From NCBI RefSeq assembly GCF_963921235.1, contig NC_086097.1, forward strand, positions 80,478,001-80,542,000: a stretch of DNA of 64,000 bases. The letters are read 5' to 3'. The first letter of the stretch is position 1. Every line of letters starts with the position of its first letter. Under the pieces are notes generated by a model. It did no database searches. It had not been told where the DNA came from and saw only the letters and a program-made list of their open reading frames with translations. Shown piece after piece: positions 11,547 to 24,387 of this stretch. The DNA comes from Mobula hypostoma (lineage: Eukaryota). The translations under genes and the position numbers were made by a program.

Positions 11547-12945
11547 TGTAGGGGAATGTAATTAGTGAAAACGTACATAATTCACAACCACCGACGTTGC
11601 GTTGGGGTTTACTTTCAGAGGCAGGTCTGACATGGTGATATAACTGCATAAAGTACTGCTATCAGACTGTTTGTTCAGTGTGTGGACTACAATAACTGAG
11701 TTGTTAGTTTTTTTTCAAACGTAAAATGGCTCATGTCATTTTATTTGTGAAAATCTACACTGGTGACTCTGGTGCTCTAGGACAATTTCTGAGTTATTGA
11801 ACATGTCAGCCAACGCAGTCACTTTGAAACTGCTGGAGTTTTGGGAGCAAAATACCATCACTTGGTTTGTACCAGCTGAGGCCCCATTCGTGTTGTGAGA
11901 AATCACCACCGACAACGCCAAATTTTTCTGTGTGCTAGTATCGCTCGGCAACTCCATGGCTGCGCGAGTGGTGAATCTACTAGAACACGAGAAATACTGA
12001 TTGCTGAAAACTCACCTTTTTACAGACTCTTGGACTATCAGAGTCTGAGCATGTCAAACAGTTGCTCTCCTTACCCGGTCTCAACGATGGTAAGTCTTAG
12101 GAGCTAATGGACCACATACTCTCTCTCTCTCCTGGCAAATCACCATCCTTGTTTTATTTTTGAAGAATTCTTCATGCAGCAAATACCGGACAAAGTTCAC
12201 ACAGCCCTCAGTAATGCACCCATGAAGGACTACATGGAGCTTGCTAAAATGGCGGATAGTTCACACTCAGCCAGGCAGCGGTGCATCATTCCTCCTCATT
12301 TCCCTACCTCAATAAGCCTGGTCAGCAAGCCCCCACATAAAGATGCCTATGGCTGCAAAACAGATGTGCCTGTGTTTTTACCACGCTTGTTTTGGTACGA
12401 CGTGCAAACGGCCTTGCAGTTATGACACTGCCAGTCTTCGGGATATCAGAGGTCTGTGAACACCATGGTTTCCAGCTGCCAGGGTCATCTAATGTTCATT
12501 ACGGACACACTTTCAGGGCAACACTTCCCGTGTGTCTCATGGGTGCTTGAATGAGTGTGCTACCAGCATTGCCTATTGATGGGAAGGCAAAGAGCAATGA
12601 AACATTGCGGGAGGCCACCAAAGGCAGCAGGATCCGGAGTTATGGAACATTACAAATGACGCTTTGCTTCAGTGGGTGACGTTACACATGGGACTTTGTC
12701 CTGGTTAAGGTGTCTGTGGCTAGACCTCTGCTCGGTGCAGATTTCCTGTGCACTCAGGGACAACGACTCAATCTTAAGAATTTGTGACTTTTGGATGTCA
12801 AGGACTTTGGGTTATTACCCTGCTCCCCAGCAAGTTCCCAGCAACAACTCTGTTAAGTGCATGCACCACCACATGTGAGTTTACTGAGCTGCTGAGCGAA
12901 CTCTCAGACCTCACCAAGCCCACCTTCTCCACTACAGTCACAGTT
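11547..12945 (+). mobile_element. Decayed Gypsy LTR retrotransposon (CsRn1-like): 5' LTR, PBS, gag and protease remnants
   Basis: LTR TGTAG...CTACA at 11547-11759. PBS TGGTGACTC at 11761, close to the tRNA-Trp complement TGGTGACCC. Gag start MSANAVTLKLLEFWEQNTITWFVPAEAPF at about 11802. Protease-like LMFITDTLSGQHF near 12490. Confidence 0.78.
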
Positions 12946-13004
12946 TAGTTTGTCAACTCTAAAAAAAAACTACAGGAGAGTTTAGGCCCTGCAACCGTCT
13001 GGGT

Positions 13005-13500
13005 CTGTTTCATCTGGGTAGCCTCCAATCTGATGGCATGAACATTGACTTCTCAAACTTCCGCTAATGTCCCACCTCCCCCTCGTACCCCATCCGTTAT
13101 TTATTTATATACACACATTCTTTTTCTCTCTCTCCTTTTTCTCCCACTGTCCCTCTCACTATACCTCTTGCCCATCCTCTGGGCTTCCCCCCTCCCCCTT
13201 TCTTTCTCCCTCGGCCTCCTGAACCATGATTCTCTCATATCCCTTTTGCCAATCACCTGTCCAGCTCTTGGCTCCATTCCTCCCCCTCCTGTCTTCTGCT
13301 ATCATTTTGGATCTCCCCCTCCCCCTCCCACTTTCAAATCTCTTACTAGCTCCTCTTTCAGTTAGTCCTGACGAAGAGTCTTGGCCCGAAACGTCGACTG
13401 TACCTCTTCCTACAGATGCTGCCTGGCCTGCTGCGTTCACCAGCAACTTTTATGTGTGCTGCTTGAAATTCCAGCATCTGCAGATTTCCTCGTGTTTTCG
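13005..13500 (+). mobile_element. PLE pseudo-LTR/3' fragment
   Basis: Closely matches 4780-5250 (LGSLQSDGMNIDFSNFR* followed by the pseudo-LTR). Confidence 0.9.
13364..13399 (+). ncRNA. Minimal type I hammerhead motif (intact boxes, weakened stem II)
   Basis: AGTC-CTGACGA-AGAGTCTTGGCCC-GAAAC-GTC-GACT. Confidence 0.65.
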
Positions 13501-13719
13501 TTTACTCTCCACAGTCTTCACTCCTCTCACCAGGGTGCCGGAGCCTTTTGCTGTTCCATTGTTGGGTCAATTTAAACACTGGCCCAGACGGACTGAAAAG
13601 ATTGCATATTGGGATTGGAAGCGAGAGCCCACTTCATTTGTTCTCCATGATGATTATCTCTATGGTGCTGAGGCTATGAAGACTGCCCTGGCTGCTGTGC
13701 TCCATGCCCACTAATATGA

Positions 13720-14040
13720 TGACCTGAGAAGCGAGGCTTTGGGCCTACTCCGGACTTCTCCGGGGTTCATATCTGAGGACTCACTTTTGGTTTCAAATAC
13801 TGTTTCTCACTTCAATTGTTAGCATGATTTTTATTTATTTATTTATGTACTTATGAATGTGTTTATTTATTCATTCTCTGGCACATTGAGTGTTGGCTTT
13901 TTATTTTTATTTTTATTCTTTTTTTGCTTTAATTGGGTTCTTTCGGGTTTCTTGCTTTGTGGCTACCTATGAGCAAGCAAATCTCAAGATTGTATAATTT
14001 ATACATTCTTTGATATTCTTGGTACATACATTCTTGAATC
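13720..14040 (+). mobile_element. Decayed non-LTR retroelement 3' UTR (Rex1/Babar-like)
   Basis: T-rich tract then GGCTACCT...AAATCTCAAGATTGTATA...TACATTCTTTGATA, paralleling 63310-63356 plus 63890-63900. Confidence 0.4.
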
Positions 14041-15196
14041 CAGAAATGAGCTCCAATGTTTATGTCACATTGGACTGGTTTAACTGTAATGGCCGTTTTA
14101 TTTTTTTTATGTATCTGAAATATATTTCTCTATAATTTTATGCTGGTATATGATCTGTTAATTTTCTGGAAAACAATAACTTTGCATGGAGCAGTATTTG
14201 CACGGTATTTGCAACCATCAGTGTTCCTTAACTGGAACATTCCAGCTTTCCTGTTTGATTGAACCCCAAATCATACTGAGCCTAGATGTATATTGCTTAT
14301 GAAAGGTGGCCTTCTCACCGCTGAGTCACGGTCATGTGGCTGTTAGCAGCGTTAGTTAATGAGCCAAGTTTGCATAGGAGCCCTGGTGAGAGGGCTATAC
14401 TTGTATTCATTCTGTATGACAAGTGGATTTAAATATCTATGAACCTTACTATACCATCTACCTACTTTATGAATGATCAGAGTATCCTTTTAATCATGCT
14501 GCTGTTTTTTTTTAACTAGGAACAAACTATATTTTAATTCTTATTTAGTAGTGGTACTGTGTGCTTCCATTGTAGTTATAATGTTACCAAGTGGAGACAG
14601 TCTTTGAAGCAAAATTTCTTCTGATCTGTACTTCTGAAATAGTAAATGAGTGAGAGGTGAGAGAGATCTTGCTTAGATTTTGACATTTCATAAGAGCAAT
14701 GACATGATCACCCACTCGACTGCTTGACTTCACGTCCTGCCCTGTGTTTGAAGTCTGGATGCACAGTCTTTGCTGATGAAGGGAAAAGGTAGATGTGAAT
14801 GTAAGTCCAGTCTGAGTTCATTCTTGCTCTTAGAAACTTCTTGATCTGGCCTTTTTATTAGTTATTCAACACTCTGGTTTTCTCTATTTTTCCATTATTT
14901 GCACGATAATGCAAATTCATTTTTCAAATATTAGATATTCATTATTCTGGCTGATGACAGCAAGTGGAAACCAGATCTGCATATTGTACTTAGCAATATC
15001 AGGTGACAGGAAAAGGTCCTACATTAAGCATTGGATTTCAGCTGTCAATGACAGAAGTCACACTCACCCCAGGATGAAACAATACCCATTAGTTGATTTC
15101 CTGATGCTCTGACCCAAAATGCATTTGATAAATTTCAAGATCTATTTCAGAGATATTTTCTGATTAGTTGTATCAAGGACTCCTTGCTTTATGTTG

Positions 15197-15480
15197 GGTG
15201 GCAAGATAGTGCAATGGTTTGTGCTGTTGTTTCATAGCTCCATGGTCTATGGTTCGATCCTGATCTTGGCATTGATTGATTGATCTGTAAATTTTGCATG
15301 TGACCGAGTGTTTCCCTGCAGGTGTTCTGCTTTCAGCTCACACCCCAAGGCCATGGTGGCAGCTTACCCAGCTGCTGTAAATTACTGCAGGACCATGGAG
15401 GTGGGAAAGCAGAGGGGAACGGGGTTGCTCTATTGAGATTTGGCATGGACTCATAAGGCTGAATAGCCTCCTCCCCATGA
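15197..15480 (+). mobile_element. Decayed tRNA-derived V-SINE
   Basis: A-box-like AGTGCAATGGTT, B-box GGTTCGATCC, then V-domain-like TTTGCATG...TTTCCCTGCAGGTGTTCTGCTTTC...CACACCCCAA. Confidence 0.55.
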
Positions 15481-16102
15481 TAATCATTAACTAATGCTGT
15501 TTCTGCAGTACAGTAATGTCCAAGAATTTGCACAGGAGTTCAGACAGGAGCAAGGATGAACTGGAGCTCCAGTCATGTCTCAGGCAATGATTAAGAAAGT
15601 TCATTAGTTGCATTCTGAAAGTAGGCACAATGCTGGAGAGAAGTGAATATGCCAGCGTCTCCTTCACCTCCACTTTGATACTACATTGAATGTCCAATTT
15701 GATGCAAATTCTGAGAACAATCTTTAAGCAGGGAATCATTGAGGACATCAGTAAGTGCTTATCTTTAGCTGTGTGGGTGTTGAGGATACAACCGTAAATG
15801 TGCATTTATCTAATTGCCTCTTATACATTTTTAAATTGCACCTCACGGATTTACATTGAAGGAGTGCAACACAATTCACCAGAATGACATGAGGATTATT
15901 AAGGCTAAATTACGAGTTTTAGTTGCCCTGACTAAACTTGTTTTTGTGGAATCACTATACAGTACAGAAGGAGATCTGCTCTTTTATTGGGATATCTATT
16001 AGACCTACTGGGCCCTTCCATCACCAAATCCTTCTGTATCTATCTTGTGAAAGTTATACTTGAATCTGGTTCAACGCTCTTTAAGGAAGCACATTACAGT
16101 GC

Positions 16103-16840
16103 ATCACACAAAATGCTGGAGGAACTCAGCAGGCCAGGCAACATTCGTGCTAATGAATAAACAGTCGGTATTTCAAACCAAGATCCTTCTTAAGGACTGG
16201 AAAGGAAGGGGGAAGATGCCACAATAAAAAGATGTGGAGGGGAAGGAAGATAACTAGAAGATGATAGGTGGGCAGGAAAGGTCAAGGGCTGGAGAGGAAG
16301 GAATCTGATAGGAGAGGAGAGTGGACTATAGGAGAAAGGGAAAGAGGAGGGGATGGGGGGGAGGTGATAGGCAGTTGAGAAAAGGTAAGAACCCAGAGAG
16401 GGGAACAAAAGAAGAGGGGAGAGAGAGGAAAACATTTTTTTAGCGGAAGGAGAAATGAATATTCATGCCATCAGGTTGGAGGATACCCAGGCGGAATATA
16501 AGGTGTTGCTCCTCCACCCTGAGGGTGGCCTCATCATGGCACAAACGAGGTCATGGACCGACATGTTGGAACAGGAATTGGACTTAAAATGTTTGGCCAC
16601 TGGGAAGTTCTGCTTTTGGTGGATGGAGCGGAGGTGCTTGACAAAACGGTTATTCAATTTATGATTGGTCTCAGCAATGTCGAGGAGGCCACTTCAGGGG
16701 CACCGGCCACGATAGATGACCCCAGCAGATTCATAGGTGAAGTGTTGCCTCACCTGGAAGGACTGTTTGCAGCCCTGAATGGAGGTGAGGGAGGAGGTGA
16801 ATTAGCAGGGATAAGTGCTGGGAGAGAATTTAGTGAGGAG
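16103..16840 (-). mobile_element. Older PLE 3' fragment (GIY-YIG remnant plus pseudo-LTR)
   Basis: RFVKHLRSIHQKQNFPVAKHF on the minus strand. Heavily decayed hammerhead at 16163-16198. Confidence 0.8.
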
Positions 16841-17754
16841 GGACCTATTATAGTGCATTACAGTTCACTGCCTAAAATGCTTTTCATCTGCCCTATGATG
16901 CCATCAGGCTCTCTGTGTCTGTTTATCCACCATATAATTATTGCTTTTCTAACAACACCCCAAACCAGGCCACTAATATATCTCAAACTTTATTCACTTA
17001 GGTATAGATTAAGGGGATATCTGTTTATTTAAGGTCTGGAAGTAATAGAACCAATGAAATTCAGTGAGCGAGAAGTGTGGGTTTGAGGCACTGAGCTGTA
17101 GTACACTGTTCAGTGGAAAGGCCACCTCTTTGCACAAGAGGAAATGTAAATTCTCTCTCCCAGCAAGCTCTAGGGCTACTCCAATAGAAACATTTTAAAC
17201 TAAGATGGAATGAAGCACTCCTCACCTGACTCCTGACAGAAAGTCGAACTGGGCACTGCAGCATCAACATCACTCAAAAATACTTAGCAGTTATTAAGTG
17301 TCCAGAAACACCTAAAAACTACTACATTTGAATAAAATAATACTAAAAGAATTTCCAACAAGTCTAATTAAGATCTATGTATAATTAAAAATGTACAACT
17401 AAAGCAATTTAATATTGTAGCAATTGTCTTGCTCTTGGCTTAATCTGCAGGCATAGAACCCACATTGTAATAATCAGTGAGCTTTCAGATTGTCTGACAG
17501 CCCTGGACTGAAGGGGAATCTGAAGGGGACTCCCCAGTCTGTTGTGGACAGATTTCAGCAAGACTTGCCAGAGCCTTGGAAAATGGAACCACTGGCAGCT
17601 CCCAGCGGAGATTTTGTCCTGTGGTTTCATGCACAGGTGTTAAGGGATAATGAATCAAGTGAAGCAGGCTAGATTGTGTTAAGTGGCAGATGTTTCTGTC
17701 CACAGCTCTCACTACTCAGTTCAATTCAGGCTTGCCTAACAAATGGGTTAACAC

Positions 17755-18182
17755 ATGAGGTATACTTGATGCCTCTGTGCTTGTACTCGCTGGAGTTTTG
17801 AAGAATGAGAGGGAATCTCATGGAGACCTACCAAATATTGAAAGGCTAGGTAGAGTGACATGGAGAGGATGTTTCCTATAGTTGGAGCATCTAGGACCAG
17901 AGGGCACAGCCTCGGAACTGAAGCATCTTGCCTTAGAACAGAGATGTGAAGGAATTTCTTTTGCCTGAAGGTGGTGAAACTGCTGAATTTATTGCCACAG
18001 ACAGCTGTGGAGACCAAGTCATTGGCTACATTTAAATGGAGGTTGATAGGTTCTTGATTAGTATGGGTGGCAAAGGTTACGGCAAGGAGTCAGGAAAATA
18101 GGGTTGAGGGGGATAATAAATCGGCCATGATCAAATGGGCCAAATTTCCTAGTTCTGTTCTTATGTCTTATGGTCTTATGGG
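17755..18182 (+). mobile_element. CR1 LINE 3' fragment
   Basis: Decayed ORF2 C-terminus (LYSLEF.RMRGNLMETYQILKG) and (TCTTATGG)n tail at about 18160-18182. Matches 58440-58884. Confidence 0.85.
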
Positions 18183-18261
18183 GAGGTTGGACATGACCTG
18201 GAAAGTGGGATGCTGTTGCACGTGACCCACCACCCACTTCCGGACTGGCTAATGAACGTGA

Positions 18262-18402
18262 TTCTGGCGGCCCAATCAGCAGCAGGAGCAGAGTACAGCG
18301 ATGAGGTTTCTCGCAGGTTGGTGACGCTTATTTAAAAGGAGAGTTTCGAGGGTGTCCAGGCTCTTTCTGGCAGCCCAATCAGCAGCAGGAGCAGAGCACA
18401 GC
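18262..18402 (+). repeat. Two 38-bp direct repeats, each with CCAAT, upstream of CR1 ORF1
   Basis: TTCTGGCRGCCCAATCAGCAGCAGGAGCAGAGYACAGC at 18262-18299 and 18365-18402. Confidence 0.85.
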
Positions 18403-18419
18403 AAAATCAATAAGAATAC

Positions 18420-20322
18420 AGAAGGGATGAGTAGAGTGGCCATTGTTAGGAGTAGGCCAGTGGTAAGAGCAGGAGGTCTTGGGGAGGTTTTGGCTCAAAG
18501 GAGGCTTTGACGTGAAAGCGGCATTGGGCTCTGGGAAAGCTTCTGTCAAGGTTCCCGTTTTTTCTCTTGCTATACCTAGTGTCGTTAATGGCCATTGCGT
18601 GTTCTTCATGTCAGATGTTAGAGTCCCGGGAGACCCAGAGTCTCTCAGGGAACTACATCTGCGTGAAGTGCATCCGGCTGCAGCTCCTTGGAGACCGTGT
18701 TAGGGATCTGGAGCAGCAGCTGGATGACCTTCAGCTTGTATGGGAGAGGGAAGAGATAATCGGTCAGGAGAAATGGAAATGTGAATAGGCAGTTAACGCA
18801 GAGACCCCTGTGGCCATTCCCCTCCATAATAATTATACCATTTTGGGTACTGTTGTGGGGAATGACCTGCCAGGGGAATGTCATGGAGACAAGGTTACGG
18901 GCACTGAGCATGGGTCAGTGGTGCAGAAGGGAAAGAGGGAGAAGAGGGGAGCGGTAGTGATAGGGGACTCAATAGTCAGAAGAACAGACAGGAGGTTCTG
19001 TGGATGTGAACGGGACACCCAGATGGTATGTGCCTTCCAGATGCCAGGGTCAGGACTGCACCCACAATGTTTTGGAGGGAGAGAGAGAACAGCCAGATGA
19101 TACTAACGACAAAGGAAGGAAAAGCAAAGAGGTCCTGAAGAGAGAATTTAGAGAGCTGGGCAGAAAGCTGAGAAGTAGGACCTCCAGGGTAGTAATTTCT
19201 GGGTTGCTGCCCGTCCCACATGCCAGTGAGGTTAAAAACAGGATAATTTGGCAGATAGGTGCATGACCGAGAAGCTGGTGCAGGGAGCAGGGCTTCGGAT
19301 TATTGGATCATTGCGATCTCTTCTGGGGAAGGTATGACCTGTCCAAAAGTGACAGGTTGCTCCTGAACCCAAGAGGGACCAACATTCTCACGGAACTGTT
19401 GGGGAGGGTTTAAACTAATTTGGCGGGGTGTTGGGAACCGGAATGAAGGTACTCAGGATAGGACGGATGGTAAAAAAGTAAAGTTAGCATGCAGTCAGAC
19501 TGTCAGGAAGAGCAGGCAGATGACAGGACAAAATTTCAGCCAACAGTGTGAATATCAGTGCTTTAGGGATGCACAATCAAATAGGGTATTAAATACAGTA
19601 CTCAAAGTGTTACATATCAATGCACGGAGTATAACAAATAAAGTGGATGATCATGTTGCACTTTTACAGATTGTTGGGTATGATGTTGCAACCATCACTG
19701 AATCATGGCTGATGTTTGCAGTTGGGAGCTGAATATCAGAGGTATAGGAAGGTAGGCAGAGGGGATGGAGAGGTTCTGCTGGTAAAGAATGGGATCAAAT
19801 CAGTAGAATGATGTGACATAGGATCAGAAGACGTTGAATCCTTGTGGGTTGAGTTAAGAAACTGCAAGGGTAAAAGGACCCTATTGGCAGTTATACACAG
19901 GCCTCCCAACAGTAGCTGGGATGTAGACCACAGATTACAATGGGAAATAGAAAAGGCATGTCAAAAGGGCAATGTTATGATAGTCATGGGAGATTTTAAC
20001 ATGCAGGTTGATTGGAAAAATCAGGTTGGTAATGGATCTCAAGAGACTGAGTTTGTTGAATGCCCATGAGATAGCTTTTTAGAGTAGTTTGCCATTGAGC
20101 CTACTAGGGGATCAACTATACTGGATTGTGTGTTATTTAATGAACCGGGGGCAATTAGGGAACTTAAGGTAAAAGAACCCTTAGAAGGCAGTGATCAAAA
20201 TATGACTGAGTTCAGCTTGAAATTTGATAGGGAGAAAGTAAAGTCTGATGTAGCAGTATTTCAGTGGAGTGACGGAAATGACTGTGGTATGAGAGAGGAG
20301 TTGGGCAAAGTAAATTGGAAGC
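18420..20322 (+). mobile_element. CR1 LINE 5' portion: ORF1 (zinc finger plus SGNH esterase) and ORF2 AP-endonuclease, decayed and 3'-truncated
   Basis: CSSCQM...YICVKCIRLQLL; AVVIGDSIVRRTDRRFCG; FRELGRKLRSRTSRVVISGLLPVP; VLHINARSITNK, ITESWL, IHRPPNS, MGDFN. Parallels 54750-56490. Confidence 0.9.
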
Positions 20323-20945
20323 AAACAATCAGCAGATCAAAGAGCATCTGTGGAGTTGGAAACAAAGTGAATGCTTCAGTCAATGACCCTTCAGTCAGAA
20401 GTATGAACTCTCTTTCGCTGTCCTCACAAAATGCCTTATATAGCCAAAGATCTTTTTACTTTATGATTAATAAGTCTCTGCTAGTAGTAGCTTACTTATT
20501 TTTGGTTTTTAAATAGATGGGAAATTGCTTTAGTCATGGAAATAGAGACATGGATGTAGAAAAAGAATGGTACAGGTGCAAACTGAATTGGGTGCTTACA
20601 GATGTCAGAGTGGCTACTCCTAGCAGCCATCTGGACTGCATACAATAACATTTGTACAGTTGTCGATCTTGCACTCTATTGCCAACATTCCACTTCATAA
20701 AGGAAAAGCCTTGTTTTCCTATAATTACAATCCAAGAAGATAATCAGGCAAAAGCTTGTGATACATTTCAAGATAAGATTTCATGTCACTCACTTTGCAG
20801 TGTGTGAGCTGTACTTAAGAAATAAGGCAAATCAGATTGCCAGCTTTAGCAGTCGATACAAAATTTTCTTCACATTTTGTTAAAGTAGCTTAGATTAAAG
20901 TGGTTTGGATGAGCATCTTGTGATTAAATGATTTAACTGCCATCC

Positions 20946-20989
20946 ATGAGATTAATGTAGGACTACTATGAGATTAATGTAAGACTACT
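20946..20989. repeat. 22-bp tandem duplication
   Basis: ATGAGATTAATGTAGGACTACT followed by ATGAGATTAATGTAAGACTACT. Confidence 0.9.
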
Positions 20990-23900
20990 ATATTTAAGTC
21001 TTGTAAGTGGTGAGCGTGCCACATAATGTATTGGTCTTACACCAGAAATTTTCTGCATAGAGATTGGAAGCACACCACTATATATTCACTGTGATGGCTG
21101 ATCATGCCCCATAGTCCCTCATGAAGTGAATATGGTCTGTTCAGATCAGAGGACACTTTTAATCCATACATTAAAATTTAGGGTGTTATATCACCAAAGA
21201 GTTTGTTCACAATGGATTTCTGAGAATAAGACTCATGTAGAACAAACTTTTTGGGTGCTTTTAACACAGAAGAACCACATGTCGCTTGGCCACCTGCATA
21301 TGCAGAAAGGTTATGACTTAATGAGCACTTCATGCTGACCAACAGGCTTTGTCAATGTTGTTGACAAAGAAACAGAAAGGTAGATCAGGCTTGATGCAGT
21401 TCTTGAACCTATTAATGGGGACTGGAGAAACAGGCCTGAATATTTGATGGCATGATGCCTATTTGACAGATGTCAAGAAGAATATATGATGAGAAAGGGT
21501 CCTAATGCCCTGGCAGTGTGCAGCAGCCATTGTCTTTACCTCCATTACAAGACCCAACTCCTGTTGAAGACCACCTCCGTAGGGTTGATGCTGATGTATA
21601 CAGTCCAGTAAAGGGGCTCTTAGGGAGTTTGTTGGAGGCAAGGGCAAAAAGTAAAAATGACTCAAGGACTTGAGATAAAAATCTCTTCACTACAGGGGGA
21701 GGGTCCTGACAATGCATATTTATTAGTTTCAAATCTTTGAAATTATTCATTTGGAAATCATTGGCAATACAGAAGTGTTCTAATAATACTAATTATGTCA
21801 TTTTTGATGTGCTGCCAAGCTCAAGTATTTAAATAAACTTGGTAGATTTGAAATTTACAGGAACAATTGTATTCCTATTTTCACTTCATCTTTAATCGTG
21901 TCAAATTTCATATACTGTTCTGAATAGATTTTGTAAACTGCGTTCACAGTTAAATGTACCTTTGTTTGAAGTGACAACTGAGTCTCACAGACAATCTTCC
22001 CTGCAGCTTATTCTATTTATAGATTGTTGTTTTCAAGCAACAATTTTACACCTTTCATCTTATAGCAAATGAGGGCGAATCTTATCCAAAGGTTTACTAG
22101 AATTAACTTCACTGGACTTCTTGTCCTGATGAAAACCCCTGCCCGGTTCAGGAAGGGAAATAATCTCAGCACTGGAAATACCTTTAATTACTTGGAAAAC
22201 CATATCATGTTTGAATTATTAGTCTGACTATTATAGGAGACACACAAAAAGTGTTTATAAAATTAACAAAGGAGATGGAGTTTTACCCAGATCTAATTGG
22301 ATATCTGACTCTTGTTAATCGCATGAGGGGCGTGGGGGATGATTGAGGGGAAGTGATAAAACCTAAAAATAGATATGTTTGCATTTTTGAAATCTTAAGA
22401 TGGATGCTAGGCTGCTTTCAACCCACTAATGTCTGACAAACACCATGCTCCCATTAACACAGCAGCCAATACATTTCCATTGAAGTTCTCTGCATAGCAC
22501 TGAGCTGCCTTCCAGGCAGAGGTCCTATAATAATGTGGTGTCAAATCTCCCAGATCTCCCCAAAGGAACATTGCTCCCCGCTCAGAAAATCTAATGCACA
22601 GCCTTCCCATCAGAACAAAAGCATCGATTCATTCACTGCAGTTACAAAACAGTCTCACAGATATCCAGAAAGTTTCATATTTGCAAAGGATCTACTCAAA
22701 AAGTGACCAATGTATGCAGTGAGTAGCAATTCTTTTAAAGGAGGAACTGGATCAGGGGCTGAATGGGACAGTGATCAAAAGATTGCTAACATTATAAATT
22801 AAATAATGATTAACATTGTCTCGTGGATAAGGAGTAAATACCTAAAGCAGTAAATTGTTGAAGCATTCCTTTCCTGATATGAAGCTTTCAATACCAATGT
22901 GACAAATCACCAGAAACTATATGTCTATATTGCCATATTTATCTCATTTTGACATATTTAAAATCACTACTGTTGTAAAACTCTCTTTACTTTCTATGTA
23001 TTATGATTAATGGAATGCCAAGCGTTCCTAATTTGAAATAACACTGTGCTTCACTTCACCTACAAAGTATCTTGGTTGTTTGTACATTACCGGCTTGTTT
23101 TCTCATTTTAGCCTGATCTGTATCTACCTTCACTATCATGTCCTGCAACATGGTTATCAAAATCATAAATATTAATGGAGACTGATTTAGATACATTAAG
23201 AAAAATGGTAAGTTGCTTATTATGAATAAGTGCCACACTGTAGGATGCTTGCTTACATTCTGTTTGAAGAGGGGACTTGGAGAAAGGAAATGGACGTAAA
23301 ACAAGTAAAATTGTTGACTAATTCCTAAGATCATACAGCATTTGCTTTAATAGTTCTTCTTTCATTCGGACTCTTGTTTGAGCTGCTTCAGTAAGAGTTA
23401 GGTTATAGTTCATCAAGATGCACGCATTGCAGATTGATTGAAACTCAAAGAGTTGGAGAAATTGGCAAGCAGAGTGTAAACAAACATGGGGCAGTGCAAA
23501 TTTTAGGAATGATAAGACGATCTCTGACTTCTTGTAAAAAAGATGCCTAGAATGTTATTAAGGGAATAAAATGATTTTGGGTCTCAGGTCTATTGGATTC
23601 GAATTGAAGACCTGAATTAATGCAGATATTGATCCCTGTTGATCCCTGTTGGTACAGATATAGATGAACAGAAGGTAGAGCTGTTACAGACGATGCAGAG
23701 TTCATTTACTGATAAGATAAGAGTTGAGAAATGATATCTGTCAGGGTAAATAAAAATGGATCTTTTCTACAGAAAGTAGAAGACTGACGTATGATCTCAT
23801 GGATGTCATTATGATAAGAAATTTCTAGTGTTGAAGACGTTTTCACTTCTTGTCAAGGCCACACTGAAACCAACCCTTAGTCTCACACCCCTAGCTGCCC

Positions 23901-24082
23901 AGAAAGACAAGGACAACAGCTGCATGGCAGCCTCACCACCTCCAACTGTCTTCCAGGCATATCTCAGCTTGAGTCAGAAGTTGGAACAACCTCGGCTGGC
24001 TGGGGCAAAGTGTGAGAACCTGCACCAGCCAGTTAGGATGAGAAGTCTGTTTTTTTTTGTTGTACACCACATGTGATTAGAT

Positions 24083-24387
24083 TGGCATAGTTTGTAGCAG
24101 TTAGTGTAATGCTTTACAGTGCCAGTGATCACTGCTGTCTGTAAGGAGTTTGTACGTTCTCCCCACGACCACGTGTGTTTCCTCTGAGTACTCCGGTTTC
24201 CTCCCACAGTCCAAAGTCGTAAGGGTTAGTAAATTGTGGAAATACCATTGCGCTGCCAGAAGCATGTTGAAACTTGTGGGCTGTCCCCAGCACATCCTCA
24301 GACTGTGTTGGTTGTTGACACAGGTGACACAGTTCAATATTTTGATGTATATGTGACAAATAAAGCTAATGTTTAATCTTTATCTTT
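24083..24387 (+). mobile_element. tRNA-derived V-SINE
   Basis: Head GTAGCAGTTAGTGTAATGCTTTACAG. V-domain TCTGTAAGGAGTTTGTACGTTCTCCCC...TTTCCTCTGAGTACTCCGGTTTCCTCCCACAGTCCAAAG. AATAAA plus short-repeat tail. Confidence 0.82.

Noticed and set aside
22112..22170. CTGATGA...GAAA outside a PLE as an independent hammerhead
   Set aside because: Stem II does not close next to the core, the would-be triplet is CUG rather than NUH, and there is no stem III.
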